DNA from: Phoronis australis
Taxonomy: Eukaryota; Animalia; Phoronida
Assembly: GCA_002633005.1 (NCBI GenBank)
Contig: NMRA01000437.1
Coordinates: 92,330 to 156,329 of the forward strand
Length of the DNA stretch: 64,000 nucleotides
Direction: 5' to 3'
Below, in pieces: positions 1-13,218 of this stretch. Below the pieces are notes generated by a model. It was not told the DNA's origin, searched no databases, and saw only the letters and a program-made list of their open reading frames with translations. Made by a program: the position numbers and the translations under genes. Position 1 is the first letter of the stretch. The number at the start of each line of letters is the position of its first letter.

Positions 1-735
1 ACAGAAAACTTATAAGGAGCCTGAAGTAGGTAATATGCACTTAGACCCAGCAAGTTTGACCAATAGAAAGAATGCTTAAACAGAAGACTAACTGAAAGAA
101 AATACTTGTCACTGTTAATGACACAAAAGATATGACCACATTGCTTAATGAAGGACATAACAGTATAAAGTCGAAAAAAATCTAGAGCCTTTCTACTTTC
201 AGAAAATACTTACTTTTATTAAGTTATATTTTGCGATTTTGTAGACATTCGACTGAATGCACAACCTCGTCAATCGGGCTCTACCTCACATCACCTGAAG
301 CCTTATTACGCGCATATAAATGGGTGATTCTAAATTCTTGTCAGGCAATTGGTTATGGGGGAATACAGACAGGCAGGGAAACGGACAAAGGGGTGTGATA
401 ACTATAACCACATAACATAGTGAGAGGGACATGACGACTGGTGTGGGTGCTAGGCAAGCATCACTTGATTAAGACAGCTACACTAACTTGTCTCGCATTC
501 AAAATTCATCCTTATTTTAGCAAACTCGGCAAGCGTGCCGTAATCTCCTTTCAATTTTGTCAAACCGTCAATTTTCCTCGCTTCAGCGAATGATTTTATT
601 GACTGCGTTACAGCTGTCCAGTATACAGTTGAAAATAAAATTCCACGACGCCGCGAAAATGTGCGCAGAACTGAACACCATTATTCTATCAGTACTTAGC
701 AGTAAAATAACATATACTAAAAGAGTGATATTTAC

Positions 736-850
736 CACTGATGAGAATTGTAGGTGCAGGGTCCGGGTTAAAGTAACATGGAGTAATTGTAATGTCGTCA
801 ACGGCAATATCTCCGTAGCTTGAAGAACCCGTGGAAGCTTGAAACACCAC
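736..850 (-). CDS. Gene A exon: C-terminal part of MAM domain 2 (VVFQASTGSSSYGDIAVDDITITPCYFNPDPAPTILIS)
   Basis: MAM C-terminal motif VVF.A...GDIAVDDI.I..C; acceptor cactcag at 851, donor gtaaat at 735; 115 nt, phase 0-1. Confidence 0.85.
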
Positions 851-1554
851 CTGAGTGTGAGCATAGTGTTTGTAGTTACTTGTAATCAAAGCCAACCCGA
901 CACTTGCACGATTAAGTGATGCACACTGACTATAAAAAGGTTTCAAAAATGACTTACACTGGCATGTCAACCAACTTGGCAATGATTAAACTCCTCGGAA
1001 CTGAAAGCGAAATGTCTGGGAACTGTGCAGGAGTGCATGATGCGTGAATTTTGACATTTCAGTGAGAATCAAACGTGAACCGTATATGAATAAGTCATGT
1101 TGCACATGCCAGAACAGCGGACAATGCTTGTCACTAGCTACCATGGTATAAACATTCCCAACCTGACTTTGATGGAGGCACGCATTTGATGAGTAACCTT
1201 TTGCATATCACAGCTGCCCATTTACATAATAATCAGCTAAAACGGTACATTTTGCCACTCCTAAGTGCACGTCAAAAATTGTGTCACGGTTGCCTTTTTG
1301 CAGCTCTTGCAAGTATACCAGTGCCTCATAATTGCTAAGCTGTTGAAGATCAAACCATTAAATGCACTGGTTATATTTGTTGCAATTTTTATGTACAAAT
1401 CACAGACAAATTTACCATACACAAACTACTCCCTGACCTTGTAATCCAAACAGTATACACATCTTTGAAGAAACTGAAGGTTTAGAGCCGTCACTCTAGG
1501 GCTCCAGTGGGCACAACCAAGAGAAAATTGCGACTACAGAAGGTTTTTGCTTAA

Positions 1555-3634
1555 ATGGCATCTTCAAACATCCCTTGGTGCCAGCAAAAAAGTCTACCGA
1601 AATCGGAGTAGCGGAAGTCAGTTTTTCAAGATGGCGGAAAAAATGGCCACCAAAACCAGTGTTTACTGCTTTTTGTCATGTTACTATAATTATGCAACAG
1701 CTGTAAATAAAACAATAAAGCTCGTCTTTGATTAAATACTTTTCATAACGGGCATAACCGTCAAAAGATGCCAATTTTCCGTAAAATAAACCAATATGGT
1801 TGACAAAATTGCGGCCAAAACAGCAATTTGGTACATGTTGCAAAATTTTTTATATTTGCCCTGGAAATGGCAAAATTTTTACCGCATGTGCATTCTACAA
1901 ACTTTGTTTATAACCTGATAAGCATTTTACACAGTCAAAAACATTTTACAATCTACAGTGAGGCTTAATAAGCTGATTCTTTTAATTTGTTTTTAAGATT
2001 TAGATACTAAATGTGCAATTTTAATCACATTTTAGATTATTTAACATAGAATTTTAATTTTGTTGTTTTTCAGAAAAAGCTTTAGTTAAATTTACAGAAA
2101 CACGCCATTATTGACTCGCAACATTCATACAGACCAATAGATTGCCACATTTTGTCAAGCCACAAAATGCAAAATGACAGCCATTCAAAATCCCCTGCAC
2201 CGAAAGCAGAATATCAAAACTGCGCAGCGATGGAAGAATTTCGCCAAACTCCGACAAAAACTAATGAATGCGAAAATCAGACTGCCCTCATTTTTCATTG
2301 CCTAAGTTCATTGTACACTGTAAATATTCACCATTTTTCAAAATACTATACGCAGAACTCGGACACGGTAAAGCAGAAGGATAGTGATAAAAGTAAACTT
2401 TCATGTTTCTACCATTTTATGCCTTAAAATCATGCGACTCTTGTCCATTAAATCATACCTACCGATAGTGAAGTTTCATTGATGGTCACTTCTCCTCTTC
2501 TCCAATTCGTCCTACTAAACCANCACTCTGTGTTCTGCCCACTTTGAGGACACGTGTTTCGACTCCAGTCACAGGAGACGTTACGATGAAGGCCTGGTTC
2601 AATAAAGGGCAATATTTATCATTCAGAAACATCAGCTCTTAATTCAGGATCGTCTGTTGGATGACTGGGTTCAGTTGACTCGCCGAGCCCGAGGCCGCTT
2701 CTCTCGCGGGAGGATCCAGTTCATAAGGCTCAAAGTAGAAAAGTACGCAGCCGGAAGCACATTAAACTTGTTCTCGCTTTCGTGCAACCCCATTTCCTCA
2801 TCCTGGCCACCATTCCCATACGTTTCTTCATAGTATTCGTTCAATTCTTGCTCTTAATCATCGTCACTTTCAAATTCCCTGGTCTCCGCCATTGTTCAAT
2901 GCTAGTAACTGATCTCTTGTGTTCAACCCATGACGTCACATGGCGGGAAATGTGAAAATTGGCAAAATTGAAAGAAAAATCAAAATTTTGAGCTAATTAC
3001 ACAAAATAAACATGGGTTTAGCTAAATTTTACGTCATACATTTAGTCTGTGGCCACCGGTAATTCAAAATGTGCAAAAATCCATGGTGTGTACTGTATAA
3101 GTTACTTCTCATGAACCAGAGATACTTTAATGACTTTGAAATTAGTAAAATGGAACTCACAACAGAAAAGAATTACAGGTTTGCCAAACAATGTATTTTT
3201 TGTTTTTGAAAACAGGAAGCCACTTCAGATATAAAAGTTGTATTTTTGTACACATAGAAAGGGCACATGGCACCTTCTGCGCTTACCATCCAGTATCAGA
3301 TCAAATTTCAACTGTTTATATTCATAATTAATTACGCCATAACTAGACATGAATTTGGAAAAGCTGGTTCGAGTCATTTTGTGTCTTTGGATTTCATATT
3401 CAGTACATGTTTTTGTGCATTTTGACAAGCAATTTTAGAACTAAAATTTCAAGGCGGAACTCAAAGTCTTGAATCTAAATTTACACCTCGACTCATGAAG
3501 TATGGTAAATCTGCACACAAAACATAACTACCGAGGGAAATTCTGCTTTGTCAACTACTCCACAAAAATAAAAAGATTAGGAACTGTTACAATTTTGTCA
3601 GTTACAAGTACAGTTTGTACTGTGCAGATGCCAT
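1555..3634. mobile_element. Decayed, internally deleted Kolobok-like DNA transposon
   Basis: Imperfect terminal inverted repeats ATGGCATCTtCAaA (after TTAA at 1551-1554) and TGTGCAGATGCCAT (3621-3634); THAP-like fragment TLCSAHFEDTCF on + at ~2525-2560; convergent decayed acidic frame with FEPYELDP on - at ~2620-2892; right TTAA not intact. Confidence 0.5.
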
Positions 3635-5968
3635 AAAACATTACTTGGTGATTAAGTTTCCATTATTTGTAACAAAGCCATCAGCGTTTAAAGATGGAAA
3701 ATGACAAATTTGATAACTACCTTTGAGCAAAATAAGTGCCCAATTACAGGAAATCGACAGGTAAAAATTTGAATATCTTACAACGCTTATGGATAATCAG
3801 TTTGAGACCAAAAATTGCATGATAATCACTTGTTTTGACTTCACTCTTACACGTGGAACAGAAATAATATAGCTCTATGACTACATTTCTAAGCCTCAGC
3901 TAAAAGTTGGCATGAATACAATATATGGCGCAAAGCTAACTGTGGATTTATACGACTTAACACGGAACTGGTCACAAACAGTTAGAAAAGTGCCAACTCT
4001 GCCCTAACACAGAAACAACTTTTGACCACATTTGTGAAACAAGTGACCTGAGAAATGTTTGCGGTCATTTTCATTTTGGCTGAAGGTGTATTCATGGCAT
4101 TTTTTTATCAAGAATGCTCAGACCACATGCACTTTAGTAACACGCCCTCTGTTGAGCAGTCCTGTACACAACCCAAGTCGAGCCATTGTGTTGCTCAGGC
4201 TGGTTACACGATTTAGGTTGGAACATGTCAATTTAAGGAACAGCAGTTGCAATCTGCATTATTCTCCTGTATATTCAGATTAACCCATTTCTGTAGTTCA
4301 AATAATGAAAAATTCCCAAAATTCAACGACAGTTTTATTTAGCCCTTAGTGTCTAAAATGGCCGAAAAGATTTTTGCCATGAACAGGCAACGGTTATCGC
4401 TAACAATTATCTCTTTCCTCATCCCCATCGTAAAAAGCCAGATTCTGTGACAAGTGGGTATAGTTATTCCAACCAGCAACAAGCATTTTTAAGCCTATTC
4501 ATACTAATGCTGATACATCGATAATTTGGAGAGTTGCGTTCGGTATAAATGGTTAACTTTGGTCCTGGTAACTTTGCACAAATAGGTGGATTTAACAGTG
4601 GAGCACAGACGCTGCGGTGAGGTATGAACCGTCAACTTCACCCTCACCGAAGCTGTCACAAGGGGCCACTGCTGTTGTCAACAAAAGGGCAGCATCCGCC
4701 TAGCTTTTTTGCTAATATGTTGTTGAAATAATATGATGTGAATGACCACAGTCACGTAAATGTTCTCAACTTGTCAAATTAAAAAATCTAAATGTGCCAC
4801 TCCTCATTTTAGTGTAACAATGCTATTTTGCAATTTCTTTGATGACGACAGCGTAATCAAACGTTTACTTCAATAGCATTAACTCCCGGAGTTGGCACGA
4901 ACTATTCATTTACATCAACGCTAGCCTCATACCGGTGTTACAGCCTATCTCAAACAGTAACACCAGTAAATTTGGTTCTTACAGTATGTTAAGAGCATCG
5001 CTATGAGCCCACTAGTGCCATGAATTGTTAAATGTAACTGTTAGGTGCATTGGCTTGCTTTTGCCCACATCACCGCGAGAATCACCTTTTAATTCAAACA
5101 GCTGTGAAGAACACCCACATGCAATGGTGTACTATATATATAATTCAGACCCCTATTCAATACAACACTGTTATCAATCTTTTATCGTTAAGCTCCCCGG
5201 GACGCAATATGACACGGAAAGTCAGTTTCATTTACCATTTGACAGGCCTTCGCTTGTGGGATTGAATTCGCGTTTTCTCATTTTGCTAAGGTTTTTCTAG
5301 GACTCTCTGGTTAGCCCAATAAATCTAAGATAACAAAATTCCATAGAAGTTAGGCTTTAAACTAGAATGAAAGGGTTGAGTTACCAATTGCGAAAAGCCG
5401 TGAGCAACAACAATAGGGTTCAGGTTGTAGGACCTTATGGACAAGCCAAATTTCTATAAATGTATAGAAATTAATCTTGTAAATTAAAGTATAATTTTTT
5501 GGAAAGTACAAAGCAGCAAACCATGACTTTGACTTTATACCAACCAGTCGTTAATTGGAATATGTGACCATGTCTTTTTAGCAAAATTGTACCAAACGAA
5601 ACAAAAAAACTTAAGACACAGAATTTCATAGCAAAACAACAGTGTTAATATCACGGCCAAGTTTCCTTTTGCTGAAAATGTTCAACGTGATGTGTCAAAT
5701 ATGCTGCAGCTACATTTTATAAAATATCACACTGCTTTTGTTTTATTCAATTTTTTAATAAATTTTTTGATTTCACAAAAATCATTACAGACTTGTCTAA
5801 CTAATTATCACTTTAGTAATTAATTAAAAGTGTTTTGGAAAACAGAGCACCAAGCTTAGTATCATATGAACCCAATCAGCCATTTCTATGATGTTCCGAA
5901 GAAAGCCAAATTTGAAACTTTAAATTTATGGTCCTACAAAACCAAACCGAATATTGAACAAGACTCAC

Positions 5969-6150
5969 CCCAGTCGCTTCGATATAGGCGTAGTAGTCCG
6001 AGGCACCACAGTTTGTATGACCACATCTAGGACCAGTATTTGGTGTAGGCGTCGAACCTTTGGCAAATGTCCAATCAAAGTCATCGGACGTCGATTGGCT
6101 GAGCCCGCACAGCGACCCATAGTCAAAGGAGCAATGGAACATGTCGCCGA
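5969..6150 (-). CDS. Gene A exon: N-terminal part of MAM domain 2 ([60 protein letters not shown])
   Basis: MAM signature C.FD...C......DDFDW....G.TP...TGP..H.....Y.YIE; ttacag/gtgagt sites; 182 nt, phase 1-0. Confidence 0.92.
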
Positions 6151-6698
6151 CTGTAATACAGATCACTGTCTCAAACTCTCCAGAAATCAGTGTTGCCCAC
6201 AAGGTCAACAACCAAGCAACACTGTCATGAAAAAATTAGCAAGTTTTAATGAAAATTTTAGGATATCCAAAGAAAATTTAATTAGTTGTCAGGAGAGCAA
6301 ACCAGTAAAGTTTGATAAATAAAAGTTACATCACTTAGTTTTATCAAAAATATTAATTGTTTTGTCAAGAACACGTTGCACAGGAAACATGACATACGCA
6401 TCATTTTGTGCAAGAATCCAGTGGAATAACAAGAAGATGGCAAGAAATGCCACAAAATCCATCAACCAACCCCCTTCACACAACTACAGCAAAAGTCTGG
6501 CAATAGTATTCATTTGGCATTAAGTAAAAATTATCACTGACTGTAATACTGCAAAGTTCTCCGTTACAGTAGGGGTGGCGACTTGGCCAAGGTTCGCACT
6601 GCTAAAAGAAACCATCATACAAATTTAACGATTGGCTATGGTGACTTTAAAATTAGAACATTTTTGTAAACAATTCTTGACAACAATGTGATACCTAC

Positions 6699-6798
6699 CC
6701 TTCAGCTGTATCCTCCAATCACTTTCCACATCCAGTTCAATTTGATCAATGGCAAAAGCTCCTTTATCATCCTTCGTAAGGGTACCAACAATGTCCAG
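6699..6798 (-). CDS. Gene A exon: end of MAM domain 1 (LDIVGTLTKDDKGAFAIDQIELDVESDWRIQLK)
   Basis: G.FAIDQI.L resembles the MAM GDIAIDDI motif; tttcag/gtaggt; phase 0-1, splices in frame to both neighbours. Confidence 0.75.
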
Positions 6799-7216
6799 CT
6801 GAAATAAGTGACGTAAAACATGTTCGTCAGATCAGTTCTTTTTGATGTATGGAATGTATGTTAGAGCTTGAGAAATGTCATGCCAAATATGCCAGTGTGG
6901 CTTTAAGCCTTTTTTGGTGGAAAAACAATACTTTGTTATTGATACTACTTACCTTGATAATGAAATTGGTCTTAAGGGGGCATGGAAAGCAAATGTTTTT
7001 CAAAAATATCTTTCAAATAATTCCTGACGAAAGTACCATCTCGCAACATGTAGTACAAAGAACACATAATACCTTGACAGTTTTGGCTCCTATCACCAAC
7101 CATCTTCTAAAGTTATTGGACACTAGGTGGCATGGTGATCAGGCTGTTCCATATTTTAGACAACTTATAACGTACACCGTACCTGTTCATGACTGAATAG
7201 TATGCAAAAGTCTTAC

Positions 7217-7317
7217 CCAGAAGGTAGAACTGACTTCAAATGAAAACTTTGCTTTTTTCCAATTGAAATCTTCAACTCCACTTCTAGAAAACAACTCTCT
7301 TGTGCGGGACAAGCCAC
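7217..7317 (-). CDS. Gene A exon: MAM domain 1 (GLSRTRELFSRSGVEDFNWKKAKFSFEVSSTFW)
   Basis: LF...G.....W..A pattern; ctttag/gtaaga; 101 nt, phase 1-0. Confidence 0.8.
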
Positions 7318-9381
7318 CTAAAGATCAAATAACAACACCATGGGAGTGAAAGCTGAGTGACGAAGACTCGTGTTGGTAGAAACAAGCGGCTGCTAAACTC
7401 GCTTGTTCTCAGTAAAAATTGGACACTGCGACTACAATATTAATCAGTTTTCTAGAAAACCATATGAAGGAACAAATTGAACTAAATGCAATTCGGTCAG
7501 GCATTGAGGCTCTGTGGATAGTCATTGACATCTAGGCAATTGCTTGTATAGCATTTCCCTTCATTTAATACTAAATATGTTTTAAATCTCCTGTTCCTTT
7601 GTTTTTGCCTATTCTCATTGTTTGGTATGATATTATTGTAGTATTAGATGGTGTGCGCTATTGTTTAATTATTAACAACAAGAGCAAAGCAGCGCATTGA
7701 AATGCGGCTGCACAACAAATGGTGGGCTTCATTACAAACACACATGACGATTTGAAGATGTCACTGACCCTGAAAAGAAAGCTATTAGCCAAAATTTCAT
7801 GAAAAACAGTCACAGATTACCGAGGAGAAGCCACAGTTATCCTTAAGAAGATGCAGCTGGTGACACAAAAAAGAAAAAACATCACTACAGGACACCACAA
7901 TTGTCAGACCCATAGAAATATCAAAAGTCAGCCCTGTTCTTCTCATGAGAAGCACATCTATTAAGTTAGTAAAATGCGCCTTTGAATGATTTCGGAGATA
8001 AAGAGACAGACGCCAAAAAAACACCAATAAGTGATGCAACAAAATCAAATCATTCCAAAACTAGAACAGCAATATTGCCTCCTTACTAGAAACCTATTTC
8101 ATGAAATCCATCGATGATTTATAAACAAACAAAAAATGCCTCCTGGAGGTACAGCAATAGTTAGATTGGCCTGAAACTTGTTGTTATCTGTTATCAGCCC
8201 CATAGAAACACATCCACCAAATTTCAAAAGATCATGTAAAGGGTAATGGAGTTACACCCTTGAGCCATGTTTCTAGCTCCTCAGCTCAGTTTTAACCATA
8301 TATTAATAAAGCATAAAAATATTTCCAGGTGATCAGTGCAATGGGCCCACATGCGAGGCCTGCGCATGTATGGTACAACGTGTATCAGACCGCCCGCAAT
8401 TATTTTTTATAATGGAGTTACAGCGGGTAGATGCAAAAGAGTAAAACTATCCCTTAGGAGAGCCAAAGTTACCAAACCCATCAAATAAATGACCGTCAGC
8501 CACAGTCGCATCACCAGAAGTACAATTGCCACTTTCTACAATGACCCTTTGATCAGTTTGGTGGATAGAGAGGTGAGCCGGATGACAAAAATGAACCTAA
8601 TTTTACTGAAATCCCACTAGGTGATGCAAAATACATCAAATCTGTCTGCAAATGGGAAGGCGTTGTCGTCTCCTTTATACAAACACATTTTTTCTGTCAA
8701 ATTTCATGAATAACCAACGAGGACCTCTGAACAGTCGAGGCTCAGGTATCTAGAATCCACAGGGGATAATAAAACATAATTTTCTTCTCAGTCAGGACCA
8801 TAAACCCTTTATTTTAACTAAACACAGCTTAAAACTTGTGTTTAGTTATACAGTCCACCTGGAATAGTTGTAACTCCAAGTGCACAGTTCTGCTTTATCT
8901 GACCCTGCATGGCAATTTCAAAAAGCCTGTTGTGTATGAATGACACTCATGACTAGCAATCATCTGCATAATTCTAAACTACTATACTGACAAGTTACCC
9001 TCCAAGCCAAAATAGAAGATACAGAGGCAAACCTTGGAAAATACCAAAGGGGGTATAGTGGTAGTCAGATGGGTCTAACATATGTCGTCATTTGTCATCA
9101 GCTTCACAGGAACATCAGTGACAGATCTCATTAAAATCCTGCAAAGGGGTTTAGGAGAATCAGCAGCGAATGAATGGATAACAACACAGAGACTATGGGA
9201 ATCCATTCACATATGATTGAATACACGGGTGTCTAAAAATTCAAATAGCAACGTTAACATTTTTCACTTAAAACAAGTATTTGTTGTAAAATTATGCTCT
9301 AAGGCTGTATGGCAAACTGCATCAAACCTCCCAAATGAGAACTGTACAGAAACAGCACAAAGCTGACATACAAGAGCCTAC

Positions 9382-9502
9382 CTATAGTGTAGACCTGCAT
9401 CACCGACAGACTTGCATAGTTATAGCCTTTGTTATAAAACTGCATCTTGTATTTGCCTGGTTTCAGCTTCGGAGAACGAAGAACTGCCTTGCCAGTTACT
9501 TT
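9382..9502 (-). CDS. Gene A exon: MAM domain 1 (KVTGKAVLRSPKLKPGKYKMQFYNKGYNYASLSVMQVYTI)
   Basis: A.L.SP ... F.Y pattern; tttcag/gtaggc; 121 nt, phase 0-1. Confidence 0.8.
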
Positions 9503-9746
9503 CTGAAAATAAACATTCAACTGACTCTGCAATTTAAGACCGAGCCAAACTTAACCAACAAAAGTTACGCTAATTGTTGACAAGTGCCCCTGACCGCCAA
9601 CATTACTCTTCCACTAGACTACTATATTTAATGACTTTTGGGTGCCATACTTTAAGAACCAGTTTTCTCCAGTATTTAACAGGCAACAAACTGGTTCTCA
9701 GAATTGAAGACTCCTCATAGTGAGTATTGCAATTTTATAATATAAT

Positions 9747-9870
9747 GGATTCTGCCATGTAAACAACCAAAGCTCATTTTAAAATACAACGGAATCTGCC
9801 ACGTAAACGCCCACTGCTCATTTTATAATGTAACGGAATCTGCCATGTAAACGCCCACTACTCAATGTAA
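9747..9870. repeat. ~44-bp intronic minisatellite, ~3 copies
   Basis: Unit ggaatctgccaygtaaacgcccactgctcattttataatgtaac. Confidence 0.85.
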
Positions 9871-10992
9871 TGCACACCAAGGACTCATTGCACTTCTCAG
9901 CGGCTGTCATGGCTCCATGGCTGTCACTGGAACGGCCAGCTTTAAAACCGTCTCTAAAAAATAACGACTTGGACCATACCGCAAATAGAGAAAAATGGCG
10001 AAAACAACAGTTAAAAGATTCTTAACATAGTGATTTAATAAATTTATACAAATTTAACCTACATTTCAGTGTTTTAGTTCAAGACATAAACCAAGATCAC
10101 ATGCTATTGTCATTTAGTTTCACCATTAATATCACACCAACAATCTGGCAGCCACAATTTTGGAGGGAATACCTTCCTGTCATGTGACATCAAAGTGACC
10201 TCATACGGAATATTTGCATATGGCAGATGTCGAGAAATTGCTTGAATTCAAACTTTGCCTTCAGATGTTCAATGAAATAACAAATTAGTGGGTTACAATG
10301 GTTTAAACATTCCTGCAATGAATAATTCAATAACTCCTTCCCACAGTGCCACACAACTGTTTACAGCTCTCAACAAGTAAACTCAACACAAAACCTTCTT
10401 TGCATGTGTCAACACGTTGGCTGTTGAACCGTGTCTTAGCATTATTTAGGCATGGGGCGAAGAGCAAAATACACATTTGAACTTCATTCAATGGAACAAA
10501 CCTTTTTAGGTTTGTTAAGTTTTCCTTATTTGCCATTCTTTGAACAAGAAAAAAATCATGCAATGTGCTAAAATGCAAGTCAAATCACCCTTTTGTGTAA
10601 TTTCCAATTTATTCCCTAGGCGTGAGAGGACATCGCTTCCCGGTCTCACCACCTTCATCGCTATGCACCTCAAAGTCTCGCTCAGTGCTACTCCTCCCCT
10701 TTTTTAAAATCTTCCCCGATGTCCATCCTAAACTTTTGAGTGAAGTTCATTAAGAACCCAGAGGTACTCATTTTACTGCTCACCACTGACTTTAGAAATA
10801 CGTCCCTTTAACATGTGCATGCAAAGTGATTAGTTGACAGCCTCCAGAAAGCTCTTTCATGGTGTGGGTCTATTTCTGAAATCCAGGTAAGGCTTAAGAA
10901 AATTTTTCCAAATATTCACAGCAGAGTTTGGCACCAGAAATTCACTCTCTGCTCGTTTCTTTTTCTACCTTAGTCTCACATCAGGACACTAC

Positions 10993-11174
10993 CTTAAAAG
11001 AGTTGTTGATAAATGCAAACTTGCGCGTGTTCCTCGCTCCCCTCGACAGACCAAGATATGAGTATGAGTAATCCCCAACCGTCCAGTCCAGGTCATCTAA
11101 GTCCCGCTGTGTAAACTGACACGTATTGAGCTGTTCAAAATCACACTTCAAAAAATTGGTGTAAGCCACCACAC
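10993..11174 (-). CDS. Gene A exon: start of MAM domain 1 (VVAYTNFLKCDFEQLNTCQFTQRDLDDLDWTVGDYSYSYLGLSRGARNTRKFAFINNSFK)
   Basis: CDFE...C..TQ...DD.DW motif; tttcag/gtagtg; 182 nt, phase 1-0, same length and phases as the MAM2 first exon. Confidence 0.88.
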
Positions 11175-11248
11175 CTGAAAAAAGGACAGCTTCATCAGGC
11201 AAGCAACACCATGTTATCAATTGCTGGTATTTAATTGAAATACGATTT

Positions 11249-11300
11249 AACTAGTATTAAACTAGTATTAAACTAGTTTTTAACTAGTATTTAATTAGTA
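11249..11300. repeat. 10-11-bp tandem repeat (aactagtatt)
   Basis: About 5 visible copies. Confidence 0.8.
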
Positions 11301-11560
11301 GTTTACATGTACTTAACTTGAAAATATCACTAGTGGGATCAATCTGGAAAGTAAACAATTTAGAATTTGAATTCAGAGAAACGCGAAATATCGACACAAA
11401 ATAAGTCAAGCCTATTAGCTCATTTGAGTGAGTTTCAATAGATATTTAAATCGGTTCATCTTAAGCCACTCATCTTGTAAGTGGCCTAATGATTTTGATG
11501 CAGTGTCAATAATTCTAGTTTAATACAACCACTTGTAATAATGAGAGCTGTCACGGTAAC

Positions 11561-11783
11561 ATCTCACCAATTTAGGACAAAATACGACAGCCGATCAAAT
11601 TTTACTTACGTTTCCAGAAAGAAATGTAGCAGCATCCAATTAATGCATTACTGCCTTCAAGTTATGAAGAGCTTCTATCAGAAGATATTTTGAAAAATTG
11701 TGGGTATTCACAGCACTGTTAAAATATCTGAGAAAGTGAAAAATGGCTGATTTTGGCAATTATTTTTGTCCGAAATTGGCGAT
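11561..11783. mobile_element. Small MITE-like element
   Basis: ~21-bp imperfect TIRs atctcaccaatttaggacaaaa / ttttgtccgaaattggcgat; similar ends recur near 42295-42325 and 44983. Confidence 0.45.
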
Positions 11784-12010
11784 CGAGATGACAAAAGAAT
11801 GAATTGCACTGTAGCAAGTAGCCAACCTCCATTGAATTTTCAAGTGCATAGTCAACATAATGCACACAATGTCTTCTGTATTACTGCAAAGCTCACCATC
11901 CCCTACTTATTGTGACACACAAATTACATTATAATTATAAAACATTATAATTATAAAACAGCCTCTTAATGTTACACAGGAAATTACAAGGAAAATTAGA
12001 AATTACTCAC

Positions 12011-12049
12011 ATTGACACATACTGGCTACAACAGATGCTGCCAGAAGTT
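12011..12049 (-). CDS. Gene A micro-exon: signal peptide core (LLAASVVASMCQ)
   Basis: cttttcag/gtgagt; 39 nt, phase 1-1; gives MRMLVQLLAASVVASMCQCVVA-YTNF with flanking exons. Confidence 0.7.
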
Positions 12050-12246
12050 CTGAAAAGATTACAAAGTCTGATGAATAACACGCACACTCAAAGAGTCAAG
12101 ACATTGGTATCGTCAGTCATTTTAAGTACTATATTTATTTTTACCTACCTAATTGTATACCAGCACATAATATGCTATTATATATTATATAATTCATCGT
12201 CATCATAATACATCGTATTGAATTCCTTTCCATATTTCTTACTTTG

Positions 12247-13218
12247 CCGTATTCGCCCTAATAAGCGCCCAGGATGCTTAGAAAAATTCGCTTCAGGAAG
12301 GTGGGCGCTTATTGTAGCCCAAAAGAGGTCGAAACTTGGTCTCCGAAAAAGGTGAAATCATAAGCTAGAATTCATCAAATTTACGCTTTGTGACGCATCT
12401 GTAACCTATGACAGAGTTTCTACAAAACCGCAGTGCATTGCTATCAAACTTTGTTGTTAAATTACGAGCATTTTTCAGAAAATCCCAGTGCAAAAACTCA
12501 CTGACTGATACGTCACTGCCTGCGATCGCCGATAGGTGAACTTGAATTCTTGAGTAAAAACATAGTTTCAATTCAACAAATTCCTCCTTAAGTTTTCAAA
12601 CTAGCATTCTTAATATTTTCAAGTTCCTGTGGAGTTGAAATTAACAGCATATTAAGTCCCAATCTGCACTAGATCGTACTCAGCAACACAAGAAAAATCT
12701 CTGGACGACTATACATGTTGTTGTCACGTGATGTTTGCTTTAAAGTTCTTCTGCGTATTGTGTGAGTGAGCGAGCATGTGCCTGTCATCAGAGTTTACTT
12801 GCCAGAGTAAACGCAATGTAACGATCTGGGTGTTCACTGTAACTAAGGAAATTAACACAATCAGTAAAGCAGAACAGTTTTATTTAGCACTTGTTGATCT
12901 CATCTGCTAAAAACGTTTGAGAATTGTCTCGGTAAGGCCGATGTCATTGAGTCGCCAGGTGACTGGATGCCTGACAGTTTAACAGTTATTTTTCAGGAGA
13001 TTACGTGGTTGTAAGGGTGCGGAAGTTTCACAATAGTGGGTTTATTATGACTTTAAAAACATCAATTACGACTAATTCAATAATTCCTCCTTAAAAATAA
13101 TGCAAACATTTTTTACTGTATTACTGTAACGCGCACTTCCTGGTCACATGCTTTTAACTGAACAAAGATCAAGTTTTCATTAGTCTTCGATTCTAGCTTG
13201 CGTTCTTTTTGAAGCACG
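12247..13218 (+). mobile_element. Partial copy of CCGTA-ended pogo/Tigger-like non-autonomous element
   Basis: Starts ccgtattcgccctaataagcgccc; colinear similarity to the 29755 and 48293 copies. Confidence 0.75.

Noticed and set aside
10-670. Terminal exon of gene A (GSL-stop at 20..10, or a ~60-codon frame starting at 670)
   Set aside because: Both are phase-compatible but have no motif support; cannot choose without transcripts
6540-6601. Possible extra linker exon in gene A
   Set aside because: The phase-1 reading hits a stop, and the neighbouring exons already join in frame
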